DNA from: an uncultured Bacteroidales bacterium
GTDB lineage: Bacteria > Bacteroidota > Bacteroidia > Bacteroidales > Bacteroidaceae
NCBI GenBank assembly: GCA_902796835.1
Contig: CADBQP010000027.1
Span: 29,712-93,711, forward strand
Reading direction: 5' to 3'
Length of the DNA stretch: 64,000 nt
This document shows, one piece after another, positions 41,869 through 52,077 of this stretch; the stretch's first letter is position 1; each line of letters starts with the position of its first letter. Position numbers and translations under genes: made by a program. The notes under the pieces were generated by a model. The model was not told the DNA's origin, searched no databases, and was given only the letters and a program-made list of their open reading frames with translations.

Positions 41869-42336
41869 TTATTTGAAATCGATTACGTATTTCACACTTT
41901 TCACGTCGCCGTAGGCAAACGTGAGGGTGCGATCTTCCATGTGCGGGCGTTTGTCGCCCTCGTTTTTCACTTTTTCCTGCACCGTGAGTTCGAAAGCCTC
42001 GGGACCGGCCGATGCCAGCATGCCGCGAAGTTTCTTGCCCTGAGATGTGACGACCTCGACTTGCTCGCCCACATGGTTCTCATATTGGCGGAGCACCTTG
42101 AAAGGCTGTCCTATGCCGGCCGAGCCCACTTCGAGCTCAAAGTCTTCCTCGTCGCGGTTGAGACCATCTTCAATGCTGCGGCTAAGGTCTACACAATCTT
42201 CAATCCACACACCGTCTTTGTGGTCAATCTCTACCACGATGCGGTTGTCGCTACTGATGGTCAGGTCGGTCAGGAAGTATTCCTTGCCCTCGAGCCAGGC
42301 ATCGACCAAGTTTTTTACAAGTTGCTTGTCTATCAT
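41869..42336 (-). CDS. rimP: Ribosome maturation factor RimP
   Basis: MIDKQLV..., DFELEVGSAGIGQP; precedes nusA. Confidence 0.94.
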   Translation of the reverse strand: MIDKQLVKNLVDAWLEGKEYFLTDLTISSDNRIVVEIDHKDGVWIEDCVDLSRSIEDGLNRDEEDFELEVGSAGIGQPFKVLRQYENHVGEQVEVVTSQGKKLRGMLASAGPEAFELTVQEKVKNEGDKRPHMEDRTLTFAYGDVKSVKYVIDFK

Positions 42337-42413
42337 TCGTTGCTTAAAGTTGAACAAACAAGTTTTATTAAACAAACAAGTGAGGAACTCGAGGCCCCCC
42401 ACTTTCAACAGTG

Positions 42414-42421
42414 CAAAAGTA
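42414..42421 (-). promoter_or_regulatory. -7 promoter element, rimP-nusA-infB operon
   Basis: TACTTTTG. Confidence 0.65.
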
Positions 42422-42546
42422 CAACCTTTTTCAAAAACAAGCAACTCCGATACAAAAAAAATTCATTTTGAGGTCTTTGGTCCTTCTTTTTGCATCAATT
42501 TTGGATTGCAAAAGAGTCGCTGACACAAAACCCAGAGACATCAAAC

Positions 42547-42609
42547 TACCGAGCCAACACGCAGAAAAGTTGAGCCAACTCGCAAAACTATCAAGCCAAC
42601 TCTGCAAAA
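42547..42609. repeat. 21-bp-period repeat copy 3 (3 degenerate direct units)
   Basis: TACCGAGCCAACA-CGCAGAAA-AGTTGAGCCAACT-CGCAAAAC-TATCAAGCCAACT-CTGCAAAA. Confidence 0.75.
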
Positions 42610-42711
42610 AGCTACTTGTAGAACTCCTGAAACTGACAGGCACCACCCTCCGGCCCATCAAAAAAAATCAGAAAACCACTCCATTTATTTTATATATGAA
42701 AAGTTATTGCT

Positions 42712-42719
42712 TAAATTTG
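42712..42719 (+). promoter_or_regulatory. -7 promoter element, mre operon
   Basis: TAAATTTG ~88 nt upstream of mreB. Confidence 0.55.
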
Positions 42720-42806
42720 CAACGATTTTGCGCCCGCACGAGCATAACACAACAAGAGGGCCGCCCTTTCCATACGAAAAAATAACACATAAAACGACTG
42801 ATAGAC

Positions 42807-43841
42807 ATGGGATTTTTCTCTAATCTGTTTTCATTCACACAAGAATTAGCCATCGACCTCGGCACAGCCAACACCGTCATCATGCGCAACGGCGAGATAA
42901 CCGTCAACGAGCCCTCAGTAGTGGCGCTCGACACGCAGACCGACCGCACAATAGCCGTGGGCAATCAGGCCAAGTTGATGTATGAAAAGACCAACAACAA
43001 AATTCGCGTCATCCGCCCCCTGCGCGATGGCGTGATAGCCGACTTCAACGCTTGCGAACAAATGATGCGCGGCCTCATCAAGATGTCCGACAACAGCCGC
43101 CACATCTTCTCGCCCAGCATCCGCATGGTTATCGGCGTACCCAGCGGCAGCACTGAAGTAGAGCTGCGCGCCGTGCGCGACTCGGCCGAACATGCCGGCG
43201 GGCGCGACGTGTTCCTCATCTTCGAGCCCATGGCAGCAGCCATAGGCATAGGCCTCGACGTAGAAGCCCCCGAGGGCAACATGATTGTCGACATAGGCGG
43301 AGGAACCACCGAGATAGCCGTGATTTCGCTGGGCGGCATCGTGTCGAACAACAGCATCAAAATGGCAGGCGACGACTTCACGGCCGACATTCAGCAATAC
43401 ATGAGCACGCAACACAACGTTAAAGTGAGCGAGCGCATGGCCGAGCGCATTAAAATCAGCGTAGGCTCGGCACTCACCGACCTGGGCAGCGAAGCGCCCG
43501 AAAACTACATTGTGGACGGTCCCAACAAGATAACGGCCCTGCCCATGAGAGTGCCCGTGTGCTATCAGGAAATAGCCAACTGCATCGAAAAGTCGGTGGC
43601 CAAAATAGAGTCGGCAGTGCTCAACGCACTCGAGAGCACTCCCCCCGAACTCTATGCCGACATCGTGAAAAACGGCATCTGGCTCACAGGCGGGGGAGCC
43701 CTGCTTCGAGGACTGGACCGACGCCTCTCTTCGAAAATAAAAATCCCCTTCCACGTGGCCGACGACCCGCTTCTCTGCGTGGCAAAAGGAACGGGCATTG
43801 CGCTGCAACATGCCGAGTCTCGCCCCTACTTGCTGCGATAG
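42807..43841 (+). CDS. mreB: Rod shape-determining actin MreB
   Basis: AIDLGTANT, EPSVVA, VDIGGGTTE, LTGGGALL. Confidence 0.98.
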   Translation: MGFFSNLFSFTQELAIDLGTANTVIMRNGEITVNEPSVVALDTQTDRTIAVGNQAKLMYEKTNNKIRVIRPLRDGVIADFNACEQMMRGLIKMSDNSRHIFSPSIRMVIGVPSGSTEVELRAVRDSAEHAGGRDVFLIFEPMAAAIGIGLDVEAPEGNMIVDIGGGTTEIAVISLGGIVSNNSIKMAGDDFTADIQQYMSTQHNVKVSERMAERIKISVGSALTDLGSEAPENYIVDGPNKITALPMRVPVCYQEIANCIEKSVAKIESAVLNALESTPPELYADIVKNGIWLTGGGALLRGLDRRLSSKIKIPFHVADDPLLCVAKGTGIALQHAESRPYLLR

Positions 43842-43949
43842 ACTCCCCTAACAAAACGCGCAAAACCATTAGCCATTTCCATGGGCATAGGCCAAACGCC
43901 TATGCCCAACTTTTCAGAAACACCCCCTGCCAAACGGCACACACCTCAC

Positions 43950-44819
43950 ATGCAAGACCTCCTCGAGTTTATTAAGCGTTACAGCTACCTCCTCGTCTTC
44001 ATAGCCCTCGAGGCCGTGAGCCTCACCCTACTATTCCGCTTCAACAGCTACCACGGCAGCGTATGGTTTACGGCAGCCAACAACACTGTAGCCATCATCG
44101 AAAAAGCCGAGGCCGACGTGGAGACTTTCATCAAGCTCAGGCAAGTGAACAAACGCCTCACCGAGGAAAACTACGTGTTGCAACGGCAAAATCAACTTCT
44201 GCGCAGCCAAATAGAAAAAAACCTTCAGAGCTCCACGCCCATTGACTCCAACCAGACAGAAGCCCTTAACGGATACAACCACATTGAGGCCGAAGTTGTG
44301 ACCAACACCAACAATCCGCAGCGCAACAACTACATCGTCATCAACAAAGGTTCCATCGACGGCATTAAGCCCGAAATGGGCGTGGTAGGCAACGGCGGCG
44401 TGGTAGGCATCGTCTATCTTGCCAACACACGCCATTCGCTCGTCATACCCGTCGTCAACCGCAAATCGAGCATCAGCTGCAGAGTGCGCGGTCAGCGATA
44501 CTTCGGCTACCTGGGATGGGATGGCGGAAGCCGAGTGCACGCCCATGTAGACGACATACCACGATATGCCAAAATAAAGGTAGGCGAAGTGGTGGAAACG
44601 AGCGGATACAGCGGCATCTTTCCACCCGGAATATTCGTGGGACGCATACGCGAAATCAAAAACGCCCCCGACGGACAATCCTTCCGCCTCGAGGTGGACC
44701 TGGGCACCGACTTTGCCAACCTGCGCGACGTGCTCGTCATCACCTCAGACTATAAACCCGAGCTCGACAGCCTCAACTCACAAGCTGCAGCCAACGAAAA
44801 CACCACCACAGGCAACTAA
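43950..44819 (+). CDS. mreC: Rod shape-determining protein MreC
   Basis: N-terminal TM helix, coiled coil, INKGS..GI..EMGV..GVVG, TSGYSGIFPPG; ATG at 43950 chosen. Confidence 0.93.
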   Translation: MQDLLEFIKRYSYLLVFIALEAVSLTLLFRFNSYHGSVWFTAANNTVAIIEKAEADVETFIKLRQVNKRLTEENYVLQRQNQLLRSQIEKNLQSSTPIDSNQTEALNGYNHIEAEVVTNTNNPQRNNYIVINKGSIDGIKPEMGVVGNGGVVGIVYLANTRHSLVIPVVNRKSSISCRVRGQRYFGYLGWDGGSRVHAHVDDIPRYAKIKVGEVVETSGYSGIFPPGIFVGRIREIKNAPDGQSFRLEVDLGTDFANLRDVLVITSDYKPELDSLNSQAAANENTTTGN

Positions 44820-44837
44820 TCCCCCATCCTCTCCGTC

Positions 44838-45353
44838 ATGATAAAACTCTCGTTTGCACACATAGGGTGGTTCATACTGCTCATACTGCTCCAAGGATTG
44901 GTGTTCAACCACCTCCACTTCATGGGCTACGCCACCCCCATGCCCTATGTGTTCTTCCTGATCATTCTGCCCACCACCACAAAACGCTGGGTTTACATAG
45001 TCTTAGGCTTCGCCATGGGCCTCGTCATCGACCTCTTCTCAAGCACACCAGGCATGACGGCAGCCTCACTGTGCCTCACAGGCCTGGCAATACCACCGCT
45101 GCTCAAGCCCTTCCTGCCCAACGACCACGAAGACAACGAAACACTCACACCGTCGGCACGCTCAATGGAATGGGGCCCCTTCGTGCGCTTTGCCTTCCTG
45201 GCAACGCTCATCAACACAGTGTGCTACTTCCTGCTCGAAGCATTCTCCTTCTTTAACTGGCAACACCTGCTCATCAGCATATCGTCGAGCACCTTTATCA
45301 GCCTGCTCTTCATCATATCAATCGAAGTCATAAGGAGCACCAAGAAGAAATAG
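44838..45353 (+). CDS. mreD: Rod shape-determining protein MreD
   Basis: 171 aa polytopic membrane protein between mreC and mrdA. Confidence 0.9.
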   Translation: MIKLSFAHIGWFILLILLQGLVFNHLHFMGYATPMPYVFFLIILPTTTKRWVYIVLGFAMGLVIDLFSSTPGMTAASLCLTGLAIPPLLKPFLPNDHEDNETLTPSARSMEWGPFVRFAFLATLINTVCYFLLEAFSFFNWQHLLISISSSTFISLLFIISIEVIRSTKKK

Positions 45354-45383
45354 ACATTGCGCACGTCACACAGAAAGCAGAAA

Positions 45384-47234
45384 ATGAAGCCATCCGTTCA
45401 GTTCAAAAACCGAAAATACGTCATCGCGGGCATTGCCATTGCAATCGTCCTCATTTACATGGCACGGCTCTTCATGCTGCAACTCATGAGCGACGATTAC
45501 AAGAAGAACGCCGACTCGAACGCCTTCCGCAAGGACATTCAGTATCCGGCCCGCGGACTCATCACCGACCGCAAAGGACGCCTGCTCGTCTTCAACGAGC
45601 CCTCCTACAACATCATGGTTACCATGAACGACCAACTGGGCATAGACACCCTCGACTTCTGCCAAACCGTGGGCATCAGCAAAGAAGAATACATAGCCCG
45701 AATGGCCGAAATAAAGGATTCGAAGAAAAACTACGGCTATTCGCGCTACACGCCCCAACTCTTTATGAGCCAGATTCCCGCCGAAGAGTTTTCGCTCTTT
45801 CGCGAAAAACTATTCCGCTTCAAGGGATTCTCCGTAGAGAAACGCACCGTCAGACGTTATGAAGCCCAAAGCTGTGCCCACCTGCTGGGCGACGTGGGCG
45901 AGGTTAACCGCCGCGACATAGAGGAAGACGACTACTATCGTAGCGGCGACTACATAGGCAAACTGGGCGTGGAACGATCCTATGAAAAAGAACTGCGTGG
46001 CGAAAAAGGCATGCACATCCTACTGCGCGACGTGAGAGGCCGCACACAAGGAAAATACATGGACGGGAAATACGACAAAGACCCCGTGCCAGGCAAAAAC
46101 CTGACCCTTGGCATCGACCTGGAACTGCAACAATTGGCCGAAAGACTGCTTGAAGGCAAACTGGGAGCCATCGTGGCCATTGAGCCAGCCACAGGAGAAG
46201 TGCTCTGCATGGCCTCATCCCCCACCTACGACCCCAAAATGATGACAGGCCGCGACCGGGGTAAAATGCACCAAGCACTGAGCAACGACCCAATGAAGCC
46301 ACTGCTCAACCGAGCAATCATGGGAACCTATCCCCCAGGCTCCACCTTCAAACCCACCCAAGGACTCATTGGGCTGCAAGAGGGCATCATCAATCCCGGC
46401 ACCACCTTTGGGTGTTCACATGGCTTCAACTTCAAGGGGCTGCACGTGGGGTGCCACGGCCACGCATCGCCCATTGCACTGGTGCCCGCTCTCGGCACAT
46501 CATGCAACGCCTACTTCTGTTGGAACCTATACCGCATGTTTTCCAATCGAAGCCTCTACAAAAACAATCAGCAGGCCATGACCCGATGGAAAGACCACCT
46601 TGTGGCCATGGGTTACGGATACAAACTGGGAATAGACCTGCCAGGAGAAAAACGCGGAATGATTCCCAACGCCGACTACTACGACAAGGCATACAAAAAG
46701 TCGTGGAACGCACTCACCGTTATCTCCATATCCATTGGGCAGGGCGAAGTAACGGCCACCCCACTTCAAATAGCCAACCTGGCAGCCACCATTGCCAACC
46801 GCGGACACTACTACATTCCCCATGTAGTGCAAAGCATCAAAGGCGGACAGATTGACCCCATGTATAAGGAACAAAAACGCACACTTGTTGACCGACGCTA
46901 CTATCAATATATTGTCGACGGCATGCGGCGCGCCGTAACCCACGGCACATGCAAGGGTGCCAACATTCCTGGGCTCGAAGTGTGTGGCAAGACGGGAACA
47001 GCCCAAAACCGCGGACACGACCATTCAGCTTTCATGGGATTTGCCCCCATGAACGACCCCAAAATTGCTGTAGCCGTATATATAGAAAATGGAGGCTTTG
47101 GAGCCGACTTCGGAGTTCCTCTCGGCGCGCTCATCATTGAGCAATATCTCAACGGGAAGCTGTCGGGCGCATCGGAGGCAAAAGCCAGCAAGTTCCAGTC
47201 GCGACATATCAGGTATGGCGACTACAAACGCTAA
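45384..47234 (+). CDS. mrdA: Penicillin-binding protein 2
   Basis: RGLITDRKG, SxxK (STFK), SCN, KTGT. Confidence 0.96.
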   Translation: MKPSVQFKNRKYVIAGIAIAIVLIYMARLFMLQLMSDDYKKNADSNAFRKDIQYPARGLITDRKGRLLVFNEPSYNIMVTMNDQLGIDTLDFCQTVGISKEEYIARMAEIKDSKKNYGYSRYTPQLFMSQIPAEEFSLFREKLFRFKGFSVEKRTVRRYEAQSCAHLLGDVGEVNRRDIEEDDYYRSGDYIGKLGVERSYEKELRGEKGMHILLRDVRGRTQGKYMDGKYDKDPVPGKNLTLGIDLELQQLAERLLEGKLGAIVAIEPATGEVLCMASSPTYDPKMMTGRDRGKMHQALSNDPMKPLLNRAIMGTYPPGSTFKPTQGLIGLQEGIINPGTTFGCSHGFNFKGLHVGCHGHASPIALVPALGTSCNAYFCWNLYRMFSNRSLYKNNQQAMTRWKDHLVAMGYGYKLGIDLPGEKRGMIPNADYYDKAYKKSWNALTVISISIGQGEVTATPLQIANLAATIANRGHYYIPHVVQSIKGGQIDPMYKEQKRTLVDRRYYQYIVDGMRRAVTHGTCKGANIPGLEVCGKTGTAQNRGHDHSAFMGFAPMNDPKIAVAVYIENGGFGADFGVPLGALIIEQYLNGKLSGASEAKASKFQSRHIRYGDYKR

Positions 47235-47254
47235 AAACGATTCAGACAACCAGA

Positions 47255-48751
47255 ATGAGCTATAACGCATCTAGCATTAGCAACCCGAACAGAAAGCGAA
47301 AGAGTGGATTCACTTTTTCGGCCGACTGGATTGTTATTGTTCTTTTCGTGGCACTGTTGTTTCTGGGGTGGCTCAGCGTGTGTGGCGCCACCCACGAATT
47401 TGGCGACACCAACTTTCTGGACTGGAGCAGTCGCTCAGGCAAACAGCTCGTTTGGATGCTCTGTGCATGCGGGCTGGGCCTGTGCATTCTCTTGATTGAC
47501 GACAAGTTTTTCGACATGCTCGCCATGCCTGCCTATGTGGGCATGATGCTCCTTCTGCTCATCACGCCTTTCATCGCCTCGAACCACAAGGGTTCATACT
47601 CATGGATTGATCTGGGAGCCGTCAGCCTGCAGCCAGCCGAGTTCGCAAAGTGCATCACCGCACTGGCTGTGGCAAAGGTGTGCAACCAATACGGATTTTC
47701 GCTCGAAAAGCGCTCCGACTTTCTGAAAGCCTTGGCCATTGTCGTGCTTCCCATGTTGCTCATCGTAATGCAGCGCGAAACGGGTTCGGCGCTGGTCTAT
47801 CTGGCCCTATTCCTGATGTTCTACCGCGAGGGAATGCCCGGTTCCATTCTCTTCACGGCAGTGGCGGCCGTGGTATACTTTGTAGTGGGAATCCGATTTG
47901 CCCACGACCCCCTTCCCTCCACGCTGTCGATGATTGGCGAGGTCAGCGTGCTCAGCATCATCTGGATATTTGTGGTGGGCATGCTCCGGGTATATTGCCC
48001 CAAGGACGAACTAACGTGGAGCATAGGCATTGGCGGGCTTATAGCCATGGCAGCGGCCTATGCCGTGTCGGCATATATCATTCCCTTCGACATAGCCTGG
48101 CTACAAGTAGGAGTGATCGTCGTGCTGGTGGGGTATCTTATTTGGAAAGGCCTGGGCGATCGCATCAACAACTACTTCTACATTGCCATATTCGCCATCG
48201 GTTCCGTGGTGTTCCTTTATATTTCCGACTATGCGCTCAACCATGTGCTCGACACTCATCAGACGGAGCGCATCAACGTGCTCCTTGGTGTCGACACCAA
48301 CGTGACGGGGGCCGGATACAACGTTAACCAGAGCAAGATTGCCATTGGTTCGGGCGGACTGAGCGGCAAGGGATTTATGAACGGCACTCAGACTAAGCTT
48401 AAGTACGTTCCCGAACAGGACACAGACTTCATATTCTGCACCGTGGGCGAGGAGCAGGGCTTTTTTGGTTCAACGCTCGTATTGCTGCTTTTTTTGGCTC
48501 TCATCCTACGGCTTATTTACCTGAGCGAGCGCCAAACCACCACTTTTGGCCGCGTATATGGCTATTGTGTGCTGAGCATTCTGCTCTTCCATGTGTTCAT
48601 AAACATCGGCATGGTCATTGGTCTCACTCCCGTAATAGGCATTCCACTGCCTTTCTTCAGCTATGGCGGGTCCTCGCTCTGGGGATTCACACTGCTGCTC
48701 TTCATTTTTCTGCGCATTAATGCCAGTGACAAGCGCCGGCTGCGCCCTTAA
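47255..48751 (+). CDS. rodA: SEDS peptidoglycan polymerase RodA
   Basis: QPAEFAK, GYNVNQSKIAIGSGG, PEQDTDFIF, GIPLPFFSYGGSS. Confidence 0.96.
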   Translation: MSYNASSISNPNRKRKSGFTFSADWIVIVLFVALLFLGWLSVCGATHEFGDTNFLDWSSRSGKQLVWMLCACGLGLCILLIDDKFFDMLAMPAYVGMMLLLLITPFIASNHKGSYSWIDLGAVSLQPAEFAKCITALAVAKVCNQYGFSLEKRSDFLKALAIVVLPMLLIVMQRETGSALVYLALFLMFYREGMPGSILFTAVAAVVYFVVGIRFAHDPLPSTLSMIGEVSVLSIIWIFVVGMLRVYCPKDELTWSIGIGGLIAMAAAYAVSAYIIPFDIAWLQVGVIVVLVGYLIWKGLGDRINNYFYIAIFAIGSVVFLYISDYALNHVLDTHQTERINVLLGVDTNVTGAGYNVNQSKIAIGSGGLSGKGFMNGTQTKLKYVPEQDTDFIFCTVGEEQGFFGSTLVLLLFLALILRLIYLSERQTTTFGRVYGYCVLSILLFHVFINIGMVIGLTPVIGIPLPFFSYGGSSLWGFTLLLFIFLRINASDKRRLRP

Positions 48752-48780
48752 TTTCAACATTCACGACACTATTTCCATTC

Positions 48781-49257
48781 ATGCAATTCAATAAACCTAC
48801 TCGCATCCTTCTTCTCATTGTTGCCGTTGCAACGATTCTGGGCCTTGTGGCTGCCCTGAAAAGGGCCGGCTCAGGTCTGTCACGTTCCGAGCAGCACGAC
48901 AATCAGAGTAACCTGCCGATAGCCCATCCCGACACTTTGGGCGATCCCACAGCCATGCCCGTCGTGGCCGATACGGCCGCAAGCACCACGCTGGCCGACA
49001 CACTCGTGGGCAAAGATTCCCGACCGGCCAATGAAGCCGGATTTGAAGACGGATATCTTGACGGTATGGACGACGGTGCACTGGGGCAGGAACGGGCCAG
49101 TTACGACGAAAGCAGTGCTTTCCCCACCGAGACCGAGCGACAGCGCTATAAAGAGACTTATGCAGAGGGCTATGCCAAAGGTTTTGAGGACGGAGTACAC
49201 CACAGGCAGTTTAACATCAACAAATCTCCTGCCTCTACATCGGCTGAGGAGCCTTAG
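48781..49257 (+). CDS. Hypothetical membrane-anchored protein with G-x-x-D-G repeats
   Basis: 158 aa ORF filling the gap between rodA and a terminator; N-terminal TM helix; GFEDGYLDGMDDG / GYAKGFEDG. Confidence 0.75.
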   Translation: MQFNKPTRILLLIVAVATILGLVAALKRAGSGLSRSEQHDNQSNLPIAHPDTLGDPTAMPVVADTAASTTLADTLVGKDSRPANEAGFEDGYLDGMDDGALGQERASYDESSAFPTETERQRYKETYAEGYAKGFEDGVHHRQFNINKSPASTSAEEP

Positions 49258-49278
49258 ACTCCACCAACATATATATTG

Positions 49279-49319
49279 AAAAGAGAGATGCCTCCCGATA
49301 AGGAAAGCATCTCTCTTTT
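49279..49319. terminator. Bidirectional intrinsic terminator
   Basis: AAAAGAGAGATGC...GCATCTCTCTTTT between convergent genes. Confidence 0.8.
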
Positions 49320-49382
49320 ACATTTTCACCCGGCAGTCTCTTTAGAACTTGCTGCGGGCTTAATTTATTTACGACTGGACGC

Positions 49383-50702
<1,320 letters not shown>

Positions 50703-50729
50703 TTATAAAGTTTAGGTTTTTTCGCGCGC

Positions 50730-50737
50730 CAAAATTA
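50730..50737 (-). promoter_or_regulatory. -7 promoter element, eno
   Basis: TAATTTTG. Confidence 0.6.
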
Positions 50738-50786
50738 CAAAGAAAAACGCAGACTGCCTCAAATTAGCAAAAAAATAATATCGCCC

Positions 50787-51506
50787 CTACTCAAAATAGA
50801 GCACGAGCGATACCATGTTGGGCGTGATGCGGTTCACGCTGCGGGTATAGATGATGTCGGTGTTGTCGTCGGCCAGGTCGGTGCGCTTCTTGTTGAGCAG
50901 GTTACCAAGCCCGAAACTGAACTTGAGCTCTGGAATGAGCTTGAAGAAGGGCAGGTAGAAGTCGCACCCTAATCCCACTTCAGCCATCATGCAGAAAGGT
51001 TTGGCCCGAAGCAGTGAGTGTTTGTGGGCCGTCAGGTCATAGGTGGGGTTGATGCCGGCCACCACGTAGGGACGATAGTTGTTCCAGCGCGGGGCTGATA
51101 TTTTCAGGTTTAGGGGCAAGGCTATGTAGGTCGACTTCATGTCCTGCGACTGTGTCTCGCCCGTTGACTGGTCGAAAAATTTCAGATGCTTCGACCCGAA
51201 ATAGAGCGAGGGGATGGCACGCAAGGCCAAATGGTTGGTAAGTTTCAACTCCCCCAACACTCCCACGTGGAAGCCGTAGTTTGGCTGGTCGTTCTCCACG
51301 GTCCACTGCCGACCGGTGGCTTCGTCGATAAATCCGTTGTTTTCGATCGAGAGCCCCTGGTCGTGAATGCCCACGAAAAAGCCATAGTGCAACACGCGCG
51401 TATCAATGAACGGTTTGTGCTGCACCTTTCGCTCCTGCGCCTGCAACATGGTGGGCAAGCAACACAGGAGAGCGAAAAGAATGAGGCTGATTTTGATTTT
51501 CATCAC
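50787..51506 (-). CDS. porT: PorT-family outer-membrane beta-barrel (type IX secretion-associated)
   Basis: Signal peptide; KPFID.R.LHYGF, PSLYFG, YFPFFK-like LIPELKF, terminal YFE. Confidence 0.8.
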   Translation of the reverse strand: MMKIKISLILFALLCCLPTMLQAQERKVQHKPFIDTRVLHYGFFVGIHDQGLSIENNGFIDEATGRQWTVENDQPNYGFHVGVLGELKLTNHLALRAIPSLYFGSKHLKFFDQSTGETQSQDMKSTYIALPLNLKISAPRWNNYRPYVVAGINPTYDLTAHKHSLLRAKPFCMMAEVGLGCDFYLPFFKLIPELKFSFGLGNLLNKKRTDLADDNTDIIYTRSVNRITPNMVSLVLYFE

Positions 51507-51580
51507 TACATAAATAACTAAGAAAAGTGCGTTTTATTGTAGAAGAAAGGTGGCGGAATGCATTTTTTTAGGCTTTTTGC

Positions 51581-51610
51581 TTTGAAATATGAAAACTTTA
51601 GCTACTTTTG
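51581..51610 (+). promoter_or_regulatory. Promoter for ferredoxin
   Basis: TTTG-N18-TACTTTTG. Confidence 0.65.
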
Positions 51611-51661
51611 CAATTACGAAACAGACGAACATTACACATTAACAATTTAAAAAGAAGAAAA

Positions 51662-51832
51662 ATGGCTTACGTAATCAGTAACGACTGCATTGCCTGTGGC
51701 ACTTGCATCGACGAATGCCCCTCGGGCGCTATCAGCGAGGGCGAAATCTACAAGATTGACCCCGAAGTTTGCGTAGATTGCGGCACTTGCGCCGACGTTT
51801 GCCCCTCGGGCGCTATTTCCCCGGGCGAATAA
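51662..51832 (+). CDS. 2[4Fe-4S] ferredoxin
   Basis: MAYVISNDCIACGTCIDECP...CVDCGTCADVCP; 56 aa. Confidence 0.96.
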   Translation: MAYVISNDCIACGTCIDECPSGAISEGEIYKIDPEVCVDCGTCADVCPSGAISPGE

Positions 51833-51867
51833 ACACACGGCAAGGCCTTTCTGAAAGCAAAGAAACG

Positions 51868-51910
51868 AGAAGAGGATGAGTCCTATCGGGCACATCCTCT
51901 TCTTGTTTGT
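51868..51910 (+). terminator. Intrinsic terminator after ferredoxin
   Basis: AGAAGAGGATG/CATCCTCTTCT stem followed by TGTTTGT. Confidence 0.7.
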
Positions 51911-51942
51911 GCCGACAGCAAGGAGTCTGCTTTAGAGAGAAA

Positions 51943-52009
51943 AAAGAGTTGGCTCGACTGTTCGAACAGTTGAGCCAACTCTTTAAACTACCGGGCCGAC
52001 AGTTTCAAC
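51943..52009. repeat. 21-bp-period repeat copy 4 (3 units; 42-bp hairpin)
   Basis: AGTTGGCTCGACT-GTTCGAAC-AGTTGAGCCAACT-CTTTAAAC-TACCGGGCCGACA-GTTTCAAC. Confidence 0.85.
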
Positions 52010-52077
52010 CGTCGCCGCTTTGGTTTGCAGTCGGGTCGCCTCTCTGCAAAAACCACCTCGGGCATGAGGGAAATAGC

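Noticed and set aside
42411-42785. 124-aa ORF reading repeat copy 3 as heptads (also 51907-52653 through copy 4)
   Set aside because: The heptad pattern follows automatically from the 21-bp period; the ORFs overlap promoters or antisense dacB and lack coding features
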